Assembly (NCBI GenBank): GCA_963708295.1
Contig: CAVPSJ010000005.1
Coordinates: 96,001-160,000, forward strand
DNA: 64,000 bases
Source: an uncultured delta proteobacterium
GTDB lineage: Bacteria; Desulfobacterota; BSN033; UBA1163
Direction of reading: 5' to 3'
The notes below the pieces were generated by a model. It saw only the letters and a list, made by a program, of their open reading frames with translations. It did not search any database and was not told where the DNA came from. This document shows positions 10,526 through 23,109 of this stretch, in pieces (position 1 is the stretch's first letter; each line of letters starts with the position of its first letter). The translations under genes and the position numbers were made by a program.

Positions 10526-10775
10526 GAGACTGTATCATCATTAGCGAAAAAACACTCCTCTTCAAGATGGGATCCGGCTAGGCGGGATCAGGTGACAAGG
10601 CTTTAGAGCGGAAACCTTTTATCGGTCAACTACCGGGCTGCAAGCCCTTGAAACGACACCATTGAGGGAACAAGCTCGATTACCGATCACCCTGGATAAT
10701 CGCATTCTAAAGCCAAGGAGCCTGATTGCCTGTCCCGCCCATATCTCCCCTCCATCATGATGGCGATACAGTCTC
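10526..10775. mobile_element. Non-coding MITE-like element (GAGACTGT ends), copy 1
   Basis: Perfect IR TGAGAGACTGTATC (10523-10536) / GATACAGTCTCTCA (10765-10778); internal motifs shared with 25639-25866. Confidence 0.7.
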
Positions 10776-11711
10776 TCAGGAGGGAGGCGTTAAAGGGGGG
10801 CTGATGATCGTCTGCTGGATCGTCAAAAGCATGGTCATGGAAAGATTCACAAAAAGAGTATTGCGGGACAGAAGTTCCAGTTTTCTGTGGTCGTGATAAT
10901 TCCCCCCCCAGACCTGAATCAGATTCCACAGGACAAGAAAGCATGGGATCCCCGAGAGGAGCAGCAGCCAGTAGGGACAGTCTTTCCACCACATCATTTT
11001 GATAAAGGAAAACCCGGTCAAGACCGACAGTCCGACGTAAAGATCTCCCATCCTTTCCTTTCCGAACCGTACAACCAGGTTCCTTCTTCCAACGGTGTAA
11101 TCCGCCTCTCGATCGGGGAACTCGTTAATCAAGATCACATTAAAAACGGAAAGACCCACGGGGATGGAGAGCAGTAAGATCTGTGGGCTGAAGAAGCCCG
11201 TGAGGAGAAAAAAGCCCGTGGCAATGGGCAGCCATCCATAACAGAACCCGATCAGAATTTCTCCCAGGCCACGATGAGACCATCGAAAGGGTTTGCTCGA
11301 ATAAAAAAATCCAAAAAAGAGTCCCAGTCCCCCGAGCAGGAGGGTTCGAAGATCGGTCTGGTATCGGAGATAGATATAAGATCCGACGAGAATCGCCGCG
11401 GCCAAGCATCCGTATCCCAGGAATAGCGAAACCCAGGGCGGGAGGACTTCTCCGACCAAGACTCTTGACCCGCCTGAAAAACGGTTAAAGTCCCGATTGA
11501 TTCGATCCCCTTCCAGATCGTTCCAGTCTCCTACATAGTAAGTCATCCACATAATGAGGATGACCGCCGTTGTAGAAAGGACATAAAGTCCCGGAGGGCC
11601 TTTGTATCCCCCCCGCCACGCCAGGATAAATCCTAAAATCAAAGGAAGAATTCCCACGAATAGAAAAGGAACTCGTGAGAGCCTCCATAAGGCAATAAAA
11701 TAGCGTTTCAT
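10776..11711 (-). CDS. menA: UbiA-family prenyltransferase (MenA-like)
   Basis: DWNDLEGD and NEFPDREAD Asp-rich motifs, FSGGSRVL, multiple TM helices. Confidence 0.7.
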   Translation of the reverse strand: MKRYFIALWRLSRVPFLFVGILPLILGFILAWRGGYKGPPGLYVLSTTAVILIMWMTYYVGDWNDLEGDRINRDFNRFSGGSRVLVGEVLPPWVSLFLGYGCLAAAILVGSYIYLRYQTDLRTLLLGGLGLFFGFFYSSKPFRWSHRGLGEILIGFCYGWLPIATGFFLLTGFFSPQILLLSIPVGLSVFNVILINEFPDREADYTVGRRNLVVRFGKERMGDLYVGLSVLTGFSFIKMMWWKDCPYWLLLLSGIPCFLVLWNLIQVWGGNYHDHRKLELLSRNTLFVNLSMTMLLTIQQTIISPPLTPPS

Positions 11712-12041
11712 CGACCCATGCTCCAGGTAACTCAACAGCCCTTCGCGAACGCTTGATAACTCCGCGTCTTCCGGACCGAATCTTTAAAGACGACGACCCG
11801 ACACTCCACTTTAAAGCGGACTTTGATGATGAGTCCTCACGCTTTGGTTGAGATCACGGGTTATCCGTCGAGTTCGCTCCCTCACTTCTTCCCTCTGTCA
11901 TAGGCAGCCTGTTTGCAACGGCGATGATCAAACTTCTCCTCTGGGTAGCCGTCGGAGCAGGCGTACCGGCGTTCGCATCTCCCGGAAAAGGGCGTTTGCC
12001 CCCCCACGCCACTCAAGAATTGCCATCCTGTGCCTCCGTTT

Positions 12042-15000
12042 TCATACTTCACCGGATCTTGCGATAGAGCGTGACATTCTTATAGTCGACGGCGACATCC
12101 ACAGGGTGCGTAATGCCGGAAGGTAGGGGCTGTGAGGGGCCTTCTCACCGTTGATCGTCTCGATCGATACCCGCTTCACCGGCTGAAACTTTCGCGTCAG
12201 CAGATGGCGCAAGAACAACCACGTACTCGGGCATCCTTGGATCGTCAGGCGCTGCCTGGACGACAAGGTCCTTGCCGTTTCGCTTTGACACCACGATCAA
12301 CCTGTTTCCCCGGTAGACAAGGTGTGTCGTCGGCACCCGTGCGGGCAGCATCCCCCGAATCGAGTCCAGCTGAATTCCGCACAGGGAAGCCGGGTCGGTC
12401 GCATTGATCCAGTAAATCGACGTCTTCCGGCAACTTCCGCTGCAAACGCCGGAAGGCCCGGTGAGAGATGAACTGTGGCCCGGGAATCCCGTGGAAGAAG
12501 ATGCCTGCCATCACCTCTCCCGACAGCTCCATGATCCGCAAGGCACGAAAGACATTCGACCAGCGAAGGGCAGGCCATTCCCTCTGAAGCAGTTCCCGAA
12601 ACAGGATCCCGTACCGGTCCAACAAGAGCCGGACCCGGTCCTTTCTGCGCTCTTCTGTTTCGAGGAGATCATCCGGAAGCTCAGGCCTTGGAACCAGGTG
12701 CCAGTTTCCCGGAAAAAATGAGCCTTCTTTCCTTTCAACCAGGCTGAGACGCCGCAACCGGCTTCCCCTCCGGTCGATCTTCCTTGAGTCCTCCGAAGCC
12801 CTCTCCGGAATTCTGAATCGATTCATCAGAGCCCGACGAAGGGTGATAAACGTGTCGTTCGTTACCCTTCCCTTCCACACTTCGTCCCAGAGTCGTTTGG
12901 CGAGTTCTGCGCTTCCGCTTTTGGATAAGCGAAGCAAGGTTGAAAAATCGTAGCGGCCTGCTGAGTCCGGAAAGAGATCAAGAGGCCGCGCAGTCCCCGG
13001 CCTGAGAAATCGACCCGACCGGTGGCTCTCCTCCGAAACGAATTCGGATTCTCCGGATTCTTCCTGAAGCAGATCGAGATCCGATTCAAAACAAAAAGTC
13101 ACCCGATGCCCTTCACTGCCGACCCAGAGAAGTCCTCCCTCCTGCATCAGGGTATCGAGCCAGGAGGGATCATAGGGATGCAACCGTGCGGGAAAGATCT
13201 CTGACTCCCAGGTTCCCGCCTCTGCGGGGTAGCAGAGCAGTTGTTCCACGGAACGGAAGAGCCGGTCGATCCCATCGATCCGATCCGGGGGTCTTGTGAT
13301 CCCCTGGTAATCAGCGAGAAACAGGGGCAGCCACTCGATTCCAAGCGGTTCGAAGGCCGGCGCGGCTTCGATCCTGACCAGTCGCAGCAGCATTTCAAAA
13401 TTCTCGCTGTCGCAGACCTCTTCGGCTCGCCCCCCGGTCACCAGCTGCCCCTGGACAACCTTTTGCGAATCGATCAGGTCTTCTAGGATCAACTGCAACC
13501 GTTCCGCTTCGATCCCAAAGGTTTCACGGATGAATTCGACGGTCACCGGCCCGTAAAACTGAAGCCACTGCCCAAGAAGATCATCGAGACCCTCTCCGCC
13601 TTCTGTCTCTTCCTCGGAAGCCCTGTCTTCCTCTGGCAATGGGACTCCGGCCAGCGATTCGGACACGGACTGATTTTCTTTCTCGGGGCCATAAAGGGAC
13701 CGGATCATCCTGGGAAGCATCTCCCTGGCAACGATCAGTGGCTTCCCTCGGCTCCGGGGGATGGAATTGAATGAGTCTGTCTTCCAGCTCGGGAAACGAC
13801 TCCGGATCGACCCCGTGATCCCTTCGCATGGCCTCCAGGAGATCTTCCCACTCTCCTTTCGGAATGGCCACCCGCTCCATCACCCAGTCGAGAAGCTCTC
13901 GGGATGTCTGCGGCGAATAACCGGGGCTCAGCCTCTTTCGTTTCAATTCAAACTGTTCGACCAGTCTGCGAGAAACGGTCGGCCGAAGACCGGGAGTGAA
14001 GACAACCTCCCGGAGGAGGCTGCCGCGCAGCTTCGATATCTTATCCGACCTCGGGCTGATCGTCCATGTACATGTACTGATTGACCTGTCGCCACCCATC
14101 GCTCTGGGCAAATGGGCTGGGGAGCGCCGTATGCACTTCTGTCCAGGAAATGGACCCGGACTCCAATTCCGTCAAGACCTGCTTCAGGCTTTCAAGATCG
14201 AACTCGTCCTGGATGCAGGTTCGCCACGTCTCCAGCAGGATCGGAAAATCTTCATAATGCAGGACCGCCTCCAGCAGTTTCTGGGACCGCAACCGGCTCA
14301 GCCAGAGAGGCATCCGCTCGTTGAACTTGGACCGCGGCAAAAGCAGGGCCCGGCCGGCGCACTCCCTGAACCTGGCTCCAAAGAAGCCGGAGCCTTCGAG
14401 CCGGGTCCTGAGAAGGGATTCGACCCTTGTGCTTTCCACCAGGGACAGCAGTTCTTCGCCGCCGATCTCGTGGGGAAGTTGAAGAACAATACAGTCATTG
14501 CTGACATAGAGCTCGAGCCGGTAACCGAATCTGGCCTGCCAGGCTGCATCCAGGGCCATGGCCAGCGGCCGGTTGACGCGGCCTCCCCACATCGTGTGAA
14601 TGACCGCCTGAGGAGTTCCGCCCGGTCCTGCGGCGACGAACTCCACCACCAGATGGTGCCGGTGCGGCAAGGGGCATCCGGTCGCCTCCTTCTGTTTTTT
14701 CAGAAATCGATCAGCTCCGCGGCTGCCTCGGGCTCCATGCGGTTTCTCCTCTGGAGAGACTGCGCAAAATCGGGGTCCTCCAGCCGGCCATCCGCTTCTT
14801 CGAGGAACTGCCCGATCCGTTCCGAAAAATGAAAGTCCCGGCCATTCTCTTCGGCCTTCCAGAAGGGAGCCGCTCGCTTTCTTTGGATTCCCCGGAAGCA
14901 CAAAGACGTCATTATGGGTGATTCGCTGAATCTGCCAGTTCTGTGTGCCGAGGCTGAAGGTATCCCCCACCGATGCCTCCCAGACAAACTCTTCGTCGAG

Positions 15001-16581
15001 CTCACCGATCCGGGCATTGGTCTCCTGATGGCGAAGATGGAAATATCCACGGTCCGGTATGACACCGCCGGAAAGATAGAGGGTCTGCAGCGCTCCTCTC
15101 CGGGCGCTCACCGTGTTGTCGAGCCGGTCGATGGAGACGAGGGGTTTCAGTTCCCGGATCCGGCTCTCCGCATAGCGGCCGGCAAGCATATTCAGGACCA
15201 GGTCGAACTGCTCACGGCTCAGGTGTCGATAGGGATAGGTGGCCTTCAGATTCGCAAAGAGAGCGTCACTATCCCAGGTCTCAACCCCGACCATGGAGAC
15301 GATGACCTGGGCCAGCACGTCGAGGGGACAGAGGATCGTCCTCGAGGATTCGATATCCTGATTCAGAATTGCAGGAGCAAGAGCAGCGGCCTCCAGAAGA
15401 TCTTTCGGATGGGTGGGAAAGAGGATCCCCGGCTGACCTGATTCACCTGGTGCCCGGAGCGTCCCACCCGCTGAATGGCGGAAGAAATCGAAAAGGGGGA
15501 CTGGACCAAGACGACTTCGTCCAGGGCGCCGATGTCGATCCCCAGTTCCAGGGAGTGGGTCGCCACGATGGCCCGCAACGCCCCGGCCTTGAGCCTCCGT
15601 TCTACCTCGGAGCGGATCTCCAGGGAAAGAGAGCCATGATGGGCATAGGCCATCGGCTCTTCTTCATTCTGGTTGATCATGAGCGTCAGCATTTCGCAGA
15701 GGCGCCTGCTGTTGACGAAGATCAGGGTCGAGCGGTTTCTCCGCGATGATCTTCTTCAATTCCTCAACCAGGGGATCCCATACGGAACCCGTCCCTCCCT
15801 GCTCTCCCGCGTCTTGCACGAAGCGAACACGAAGGTCGTACTGTTTTCTGGCATCGGAACAGACGATGGAAACAGGCCGCGGCGCATAACGAGGATCGCC
15901 CGGTTCTCCGGCCAATCTGAATCCGCCCACAAACTCTGCCACCTTCTCCAGCGGTTGAATCGTTGCGGAAAGGGCGATCCGCTGGAATTCCCCGGAGAGC
16001 CGCACCAGCCGGTCTACCGCCGTCATCAGGTAGACGCCCCGCTTCGTACCGAGAACCGCATGGATCTCGTCCAGGATCACCATGGAGAGGTTCGTCAGGA
16101 TCGATCGGCCTCCTCTGGAGCTGAGAAGCAGATTGAGACTTTCCGGAGTGGTGATGAGGATTTCCGGCGGGTGGCGAAGCATCTGCCGACGATCGGACTG
16201 CGGGGTATCGCCGCTTCGGGTGAGAACACGGATTTCGGGAAAATCTTCTCCCCGCTTCCTTGAAGATCCTGCCTCAAGTTCGTCCAGAGGACCGAGCAGG
16301 TTGCGCTGGATGTCGTAGTTGAGCGCCCTCAGGGGCGACACATAGAGGACGCTGGTTTGTCCGGTAGGCCATTGTCCGGTGATCAATTGATTGAGGGCCC
16401 AGAGAAACGCGGCCAGGGTCTTTCCGGTTCCCGTGGGCGCCGTGATGAGCAGATGTTCTCGCGCTGCGATCCTAGGCCAGGCCTGTTCCTGCACCTCTGT
16501 AGGCTGGCCGACTCGCTCCTCGAACCATCGTGCGACCAACGGATGAAATCGGGTCAGGACTTCTGGGTTGGAGCTCATCAT
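12042..16581 (-). CDS. lhr: Lhr-family ATP-dependent helicase, broken by multiple frameshifts
   Basis: APTGTGKT, DEIH, SAT, SLELGIDIG, QRVGRSGH, GELDEEFVWE, LLDRYGI and GIPGPQF spread over consecutive ORFs. Confidence 0.85.
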
Positions 16582-16837
16582 TCCACTTTCACAAAGAACC
16601 TCAGCGGGATTCCATCGGAGCGGATGAGGAGTACGGCATGATGTTGAGAAACCCGAATACGATCACGGGTTGCATCATCGTTTTACAAATAGAACATATT
16701 GGTTTAGAATTCAACATCAAACTCTTCCTTTTTTCTACTTCTCTCCGGTGACCCCGCGTGGCCAAGCCAGACGGCAGGCGGTCACGAAGGGGCGAAGGAA
16801 GGGGTCGTCTCATTGTCATGATTAAAGGAGAACCGGG

Positions 16838-17398
16838 ATGAATGCGTTGTCTCGAATTCAACGGGAAGAAGCAGTGCTGGTCGTGGTCGATGTCCAGGAT
16901 GCTCTGATGAAGAAGATGAATCCAGGGGTAGGAGAAAAGGTGATCCGAAATATCCGGACCCTTCTCGCGTTTGCTCAACGTCTGGCCATCCCTGTTCTGA
17001 TCACGGAACAGTATCCCAAAGGGCTGGGGCCGACCGTCTCCGGAATCAAGATGGAGTTGGGGTCCATCCTTCCTATCGAAAAGGTCTCCTTCAGCTGTTG
17101 CGGGGTGGAGACGTTCAACGCGAAATTAAATCAAACCGGAAGGAACCAGGTCCTGTTGGTCGGGATCGAAACTCATGTGTGCATCCTCCAAACGGCCGAC
17201 GACCTCATCCGGGCGGACCGCGCGGTCTATGCCGTGGCCGATGCCATCTGTTCGCAGAGAAAATTGGACTGGGAAGTCGGCCTCCGATGGATGGAAAAAA
17301 GGGGGGCGATGATCTCGACCACCGAGATCATCGCCTTTCAACTGCTAAAGGAGGCTGGGACGGAGGAGTTCAGATCGTTGTCAAAATGGTTGAAATGA
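16838..17398 (+). CDS. Isochorismatase-family hydrolase
   Basis: VVDVQ, TEQYPKGLGPT, EKVSFSC, GIETHVC. Confidence 0.9.
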   Translation: MNALSRIQREEAVLVVVDVQDALMKKMNPGVGEKVIRNIRTLLAFAQRLAIPVLITEQYPKGLGPTVSGIKMELGSILPIEKVSFSCCGVETFNAKLNQTGRNQVLLVGIETHVCILQTADDLIRADRAVYAVADAICSQRKLDWEVGLRWMEKRGAMISTTEIIAFQLLKEAGTEEFRSLSKWLK

Positions 17399-17407
17399 AT
17401 AAGAACT

Positions 17408-17557
17408 CTAGAGGCATCGAAACAGTCTGGCAAAGAAATAGGAAACGAAGAAGGCATTCGTAAAAACCAAGGCTAAACGAACAACTCTCCAGAAACTGAT
17501 CTCAATTCTTCTCCCCTCTTCTGTTTCCTGAATCCCCAATAACTCTTTACCAGTCAT
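17408..17557 (-). CDS. Putative 49-aa membrane peptide
   Basis: GAGGG RBS before ATG 17557; C-terminal hydrophobic helix; lies downstream of a sigma54 site. Confidence 0.35.
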   Translation of the reverse strand: MTGKELLGIQETEEGRRIEISFWRVVRLALVFTNAFFVSYFFARLFRCL

Positions 17558-17800
17558 CTTTCCCTCGGTCGCCGACAAGTGCCCCCCGCATAGGCCGGGG
17601 CAAGCTTCACAATTTTGTAACAAGCAGCACAATTCCGTTGGAATCTCCGGGGCAATCTATTTATCTTTCAGTCGCCTCTTTACGATTTGTAAGAATACGA
17701 AACCTCCTAAAATAATAAGAAAATTATAAACAGATTGGAAATACAAATTCTCTGATGATCAGACTTACTCCCGACTTCTTTTAGTATGAATGATCTATAA

Positions 17801-17816
17801 AGCAAGTCTTATGCCA
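17801..17816 (-). promoter_or_regulatory. sigma54 -24/-12 promoter
   Basis: Minus strand reads TGGCATAAGACTTGCT (GG-N10-GC). Confidence 0.6.
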
Positions 17817-18202
17817 ACGGCTCGATACGGGGAAATTCGCTGAGACTAAGGAGAATCGATATTAAAAGGACTCAGGATAAAAGTCAGAGGAGCCCACAAC
17901 AGGTGAAGCCCATCGACAGATCTCGCGGCTCTGAGCCCTTCGATAGACTCAAGGCCTTGAACTTGTCGAAAGGCTTGTCGAAGACCTTCCCGGGCACATA
18001 GTGGCAAGCAGGATGCGAGCAAAGGAAATTTCGTTCCTAGGATGCCCCCCGTGGTCGGGTCTTATCGACTTGCCTCGCGGGGCACGTTCCGGTCACGTTT
18101 CTTTAGAATTCGAAGGGATATTCCTGATGCGCCTTGGCTGCAGCAGATTTCCATTGACCCTTGATGATTGCTAACAGATCCTTGAACGGCTGATCCGTCA
18201 TG

Positions 18203-19468
<1,266 letters not shown>

Positions 19469-19715
19469 CGTACCCCTCCTCATGACTCTTTCAGAAAAAA
19501 TCCTATCATTACCTCTTTTTTTTCTACCTCGTCTCCCCTCCTTTTACAAGGGGAATTTTGTGGCCTCATGAAATCGGCCCGATTCAATCATTCTCGACGG
19601 AGTTTCATATGAGGGGTGTCCCTCAAGGAGGAAATTCTTGTCGAACAGATCGCCAAGATTGTCGAAACCGATTGCGATCCAGGATCAGCTTCCCGTCGTG
19701 AGAGTGAAATGCATG

Positions 19716-19728
19716 CAACTCATTGATT
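19716..19728 (-). promoter_or_regulatory. Possible IHF site
   Basis: Minus strand AATCAATGAGTTG fits WATCAANNNNTTR; upstream of a sigma54 promoter. Confidence 0.45.
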
Positions 19729-19967
19729 TCCCGCCTTCGAATACGAGTCGACCTTCAATGTTGGGTTTTGAAATTTGGAATGGAGACCAACCTTCCTTAA
19801 ATCCACTCGACAAGTCTTTCCTACATGAAGTCTGATCTCCGGATGTTGATTTCTATCAGCGGCGATCTCTCTTCAGTGTGCCGATGAGAACGAACCTGTT
19901 GAAAACTTTGACGAAATCCATACTCTGAGACGGATTGCAAGATGTCATCTCGTTTTTGTAAATCAAT

Positions 19968-19983
19968 TGGCACGGTCATTGCT
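19968..19983 (+). promoter_or_regulatory. sigma54 -24/-12 promoter
   Basis: TGGCACGGTCATTGCT; upstream of the Spy/ZraP-like gene and near a sigma54 activator gene. Confidence 0.85.
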
Positions 19984-20032
19984 CTATGAACAAAGCAATG
20001 ATTAAATCATAATTGTGAAAGGAGCGAAAAAG

Positions 20033-20552
20033 ATGAAGAAAGAAAGTCGTTGTATTAGGATTGGTGGCAGTCATGGTTTTAGGTGTGGCCTATGCTTTTG
20101 CTCAAGGGCCAGGACCAGGGCAGGGGCCCGGTCCAGGACATAGACCGGGTTGGGGGCACGAGAAATGGTCTTCCTTGACCCCCGAACAACAGACCAAACT
20201 CCAAGAATTGCGTCAGAAGTTTAATGATGAGACGGCCCAGTTGAGGGGAACCATGCTCACCAAAAGGCTTGAGCTCCAATCTCTCTGGAGGAATCCCAAG
20301 GCTGATTCCAAGGCCATTCTGGAAAAGGAAAAAGAATTCAGAAGCCTTCAGAATCAGATGAAAGATAAGGCTGTCCAGCTCCAGCTGGAGGTCCGTACGA
20401 TCCTGACTCCCGAGCAGTTGTCCCAATTCGGACCGGGGTTGGGGATGGGTCGTGGTTTCGGCGGCGGCCACATGATGGGCGGCGGACATGGAATGGGCCG
20501 GGGTGGAATGGGTCCTGGTCGTGGGATGGGCCCCGGTGAAGGATGCTATTGA
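20033..20552 (+). CDS. Periplasmic Spy/CpxP/ZraP-like protein (frameshift in the first codons)
   Basis: Signal peptide, LTPEQ repeats, Gly/Met-rich tail. Confidence 0.8.
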
Positions 20553-20577
20553 TTGCCGGTTCTGAAAGCAAGTCCCG

Positions 20578-20606
20578 AAAGGGGAAGGCGAAGCCTTCCC
20601 CTTTTT
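20578..20606 (+). terminator. Rho-independent terminator
   Basis: AAAGGGGAAGGC-GAA-GCCTTCCCCTTTTT. Confidence 0.8.
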
Positions 20607-20690
20607 AATTTTGACATTTCAAAATCATTTCGATATGGTTTAGAGTAGATTGGAAAAACGGTGCTTCCGGGTGGTTGGGGTTGACTGCGG

Positions 20691-21182
20691 GTGAAAACGA
20701 TGAAATCAAAAATACCCGTGCTTATTTTCTTTTTTCTGTTGATCTTCGCAGCGTCTCTCTCTTTTTCCCAGCCCCCTGGGATGGGAATGAGAAAGGGAAG
20801 AGGAGAAAATCCTTGCTGGAGAGCAGCCGAACTTGATCTCTCACGGGAGCAGAGGAAAAACCTTGAAGGGATCCAACAGGCCTACTTCCGAGAATCCCAA
20901 CTTCTCCGGGCACAGCTTTTCACAAGGCGTTTGGAACTCCGCGAACTTTTTGTCAGCCCAACCGTCAAAATAGAATCGATCCGTTCCAAGAATTCGGAAA
21001 TCATCGAACTCGAATCGAAACAGGAGGAGAAGTCGATTGAATACCTGATCAAGGTAAGAAACCTTCTCACTCCCGAACAGCTGCAGAAATGGTGTCCTGA
21101 ACAAGAATTCCCCTCTTTTCGCCACATGATGTATGGAACCGGCCCCATGCATCCTAGAAAAACCTTCCCTCCTCCCGAGTAA
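20691..21182 (+). CDS. Second Spy/CpxP/ZraP-like periplasmic protein
   Basis: Signal peptide; LSREQ and LLTPEQ motifs. Confidence 0.75.
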   Translation: MKTMKSKIPVLIFFFLLIFAASLSFSQPPGMGMRKGRGENPCWRAAELDLSREQRKNLEGIQQAYFRESQLLRAQLFTRRLELRELFVSPTVKIESIRSKNSEIIELESKQEEKSIEYLIKVRNLLTPEQLQKWCPEQEFPSFRHMMYGTGPMHPRKTFPPPE

Positions 21183-22983
21183 CCCGGAGGGAAATCGGGA
21201 CGCGGCTATTTTGGACAAGGACAAGAGCAAGATAAAAAGAAGTTTTTCCCTCATCTATTTAGGAATCTTTTCCGGAATCCTCCTCGTCATTCTTATCATC
21301 AACGGACTCTTGGAAATCAATCGAACCCGGAACGGATTCTACCTCCTGTTGGAAAGGGAGGCAACCGTTCTCATTCAGCATTTCGAGAGAAATATCCAGG
21401 AAGTCCTCACCTCTCTGGAATGGATGGAAAGTGAGCCCGGGAAGGATCCCGTCAGCTCTCCCGTGTCGGGGCTCTCTTACGGCCTGGAAGATTCCGTTGC
21501 CGAATACCTTCTGGAAGTCCTCCACCGGGTGGATCAAATCGACAGAGAAAAACCTCTGAACCCCTCTGATCTCCGATATCTCATCGACCAGTACCGCATC
21601 ACTTCAATCGAAATCTACGACTCCAAAGGAAACTCCCTCCGCGGGTGGCCTTCCGGGTTTTCTCCCCCTGGAAAAAAACCGCTTCTTCAGGAACTGATTG
21701 GGAAGAAACAACCCGTGGCCATCGATCTCCTGGGCCGCTCCCTTTCCGAAGACCAATGGTTCTCGATGGCTGTCTGGAGGAGAACGACCCCGGAGATCAT
21801 CGCCCTGTACCTCAACGGAGACCAACTGAAAAGACTTCTCCGGCAATTCGCCGTCCAGAGGGCGATCTCCGATATCGGCCTGAGAGAGGGCATCCTCTAT
21901 ATCTCCGTCCAGGACACCTCTCTTCACGTGATTGCGAATACCGACTCCGCCCTGATTGGGAGAAGAGAGGAGGACCCTTTTCTAAAGAGCTCCCTTCAGG
22001 GGAAACGCGTCCTTTTCCGCCACTATCGGCCCTCGAAAGAGAAGGAGGTCTTCGAAGTGGTCAAGCCTTTCTCTCTCAAGGACAAAACCATGGGGCTCAT
22101 CCGAATTGGATACACGCCGGAGGAAATCCAGCCCGTCCTGAGCCAGATCAAGAAGAATGTTTTTCTCTCGGTCTTTTTCTTCCTTATTTTGGGGATTTCG
22201 GCGATCACTCTGATCTGGGTGAATCAGAATCGGCACTTCAAGAAAATGAAGGAGATGGAGGATCGGATCCAGCTGGCCGAAAGAATTTCATCCCTCGGCC
22301 ACCTCGCGGCAGGCGTTGCCCATGAGATTCGGAATCCACTCAATGCCATCGGGATGGGCCTCCAGAGGCTCAAAAGAGAGTTTCTCCCTCCCGATGAATC
22401 GAAAAGAGAAGAGTATATCTCTTTTGCGGAGTTGATCCTCAAAGAAATCAGGAGGGTCAACAACATCATCGAACAGTTTCTGACGCTCTCCAGACCCTTT
22501 CAACTGAACTTGAAGGAATCTTCCCTCCAGGACGTGTTACGCCATCTGGTCGCTCTCTTTCAGGAAGAGGCCTCTTCTCTGGGGATCCGCCTTCAGTCAG
22601 AGATCCCTTCGGACCTGCCCCTCCTCGCCATCGATCCGGAAAAGTTGACACAAGCCTTGATCAATATTATGAGAAATGGAATGCAGGCCATGGAGGAGGG
22701 AGGGCTTCTTCGTATCGAAGCGAAATCCCTGAAAGTGGGCGTGGAAGTCACGATCTCAGACTTGGGTTCTGGAATTCCTCCGGAACAGATGGAAAAGATC
22801 TTTAACTATTACTATACGACCAAAGAGAAAGGAGTGGGGTTGGGGCTCCCCATTGCCCATCGAATCATCGAAGCTCATGGGGGCCAATTGAAAATCGAAA
22901 GCCGGGTGGGGGTGGGGACGAAGGTCACCGTAACGCTGCCTGTTGAAAGAAAGAATGAAGCGGGCAGTAGCAAAAAACAGTAG
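21133..22983 (+). CDS. Sensor histidine kinase (ZraS/HydH-like); true start probably near 21211
   Basis: Two TM helices, AHEIRNPL H-box, N/G1/F/G2 boxes. Confidence 0.9.
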   Translation: MEPAPCILEKPSLLPSNPEGNRDAAILDKDKSKIKRSFSLIYLGIFSGILLVILIINGLLEINRTRNGFYLLLEREATVLIQHFERNIQEVLTSLEWMESEPGKDPVSSPVSGLSYGLEDSVAEYLLEVLHRVDQIDREKPLNPSDLRYLIDQYRITSIEIYDSKGNSLRGWPSGFSPPGKKPLLQELIGKKQPVAIDLLGRSLSEDQWFSMAVWRRTTPEIIALYLNGDQLKRLLRQFAVQRAISDIGLREGILYISVQDTSLHVIANTDSALIGRREEDPFLKSSLQGKRVLFRHYRPSKEKEVFEVVKPFSLKDKTMGLIRIGYTPEEIQPVLSQIKKNVFLSVFFFLILGISAITLIWVNQNRHFKKMKEMEDRIQLAERISSLGHLAAGVAHEIRNPLNAIGMGLQRLKREFLPPDESKREEYISFAELILKEIRRVNNIIEQFLTLSRPFQLNLKESSLQDVLRHLVALFQEEASSLGIRLQSEIPSDLPLLAIDPEKLTQALINIMRNGMQAMEEGGLLRIEAKSLKVGVEVTISDLGSGIPPEQMEKIFNYYYTTKEKGVGLGLPIAHRIIEAHGGQLKIESRVGVGTKVTVTLPVERKNEAGSSKKQ

Positions 22984-23109
22984 GCAGTAGGCAGTAAGCA
23001 GTGGGCAATACAATACACAGTAAATCGTTATGCGCGTAAATAGCGCAAACATTATGGGCTGTGCATTTTTCGCTATGCCTATTTTGAATCACGGACACGG
23101 GGCACGTTT

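Noticed and set aside
11882-12026. Possible 47-aa minus-strand peptide after lhr (RBS GGAGG)
   Set aside because: Requires an assumed indel in a G7 run; no recognisable family.
12042-16581. Programmed frameshifting in lhr
   Set aside because: Too many shifts, and similar lesions occur in unrelated housekeeping genes.
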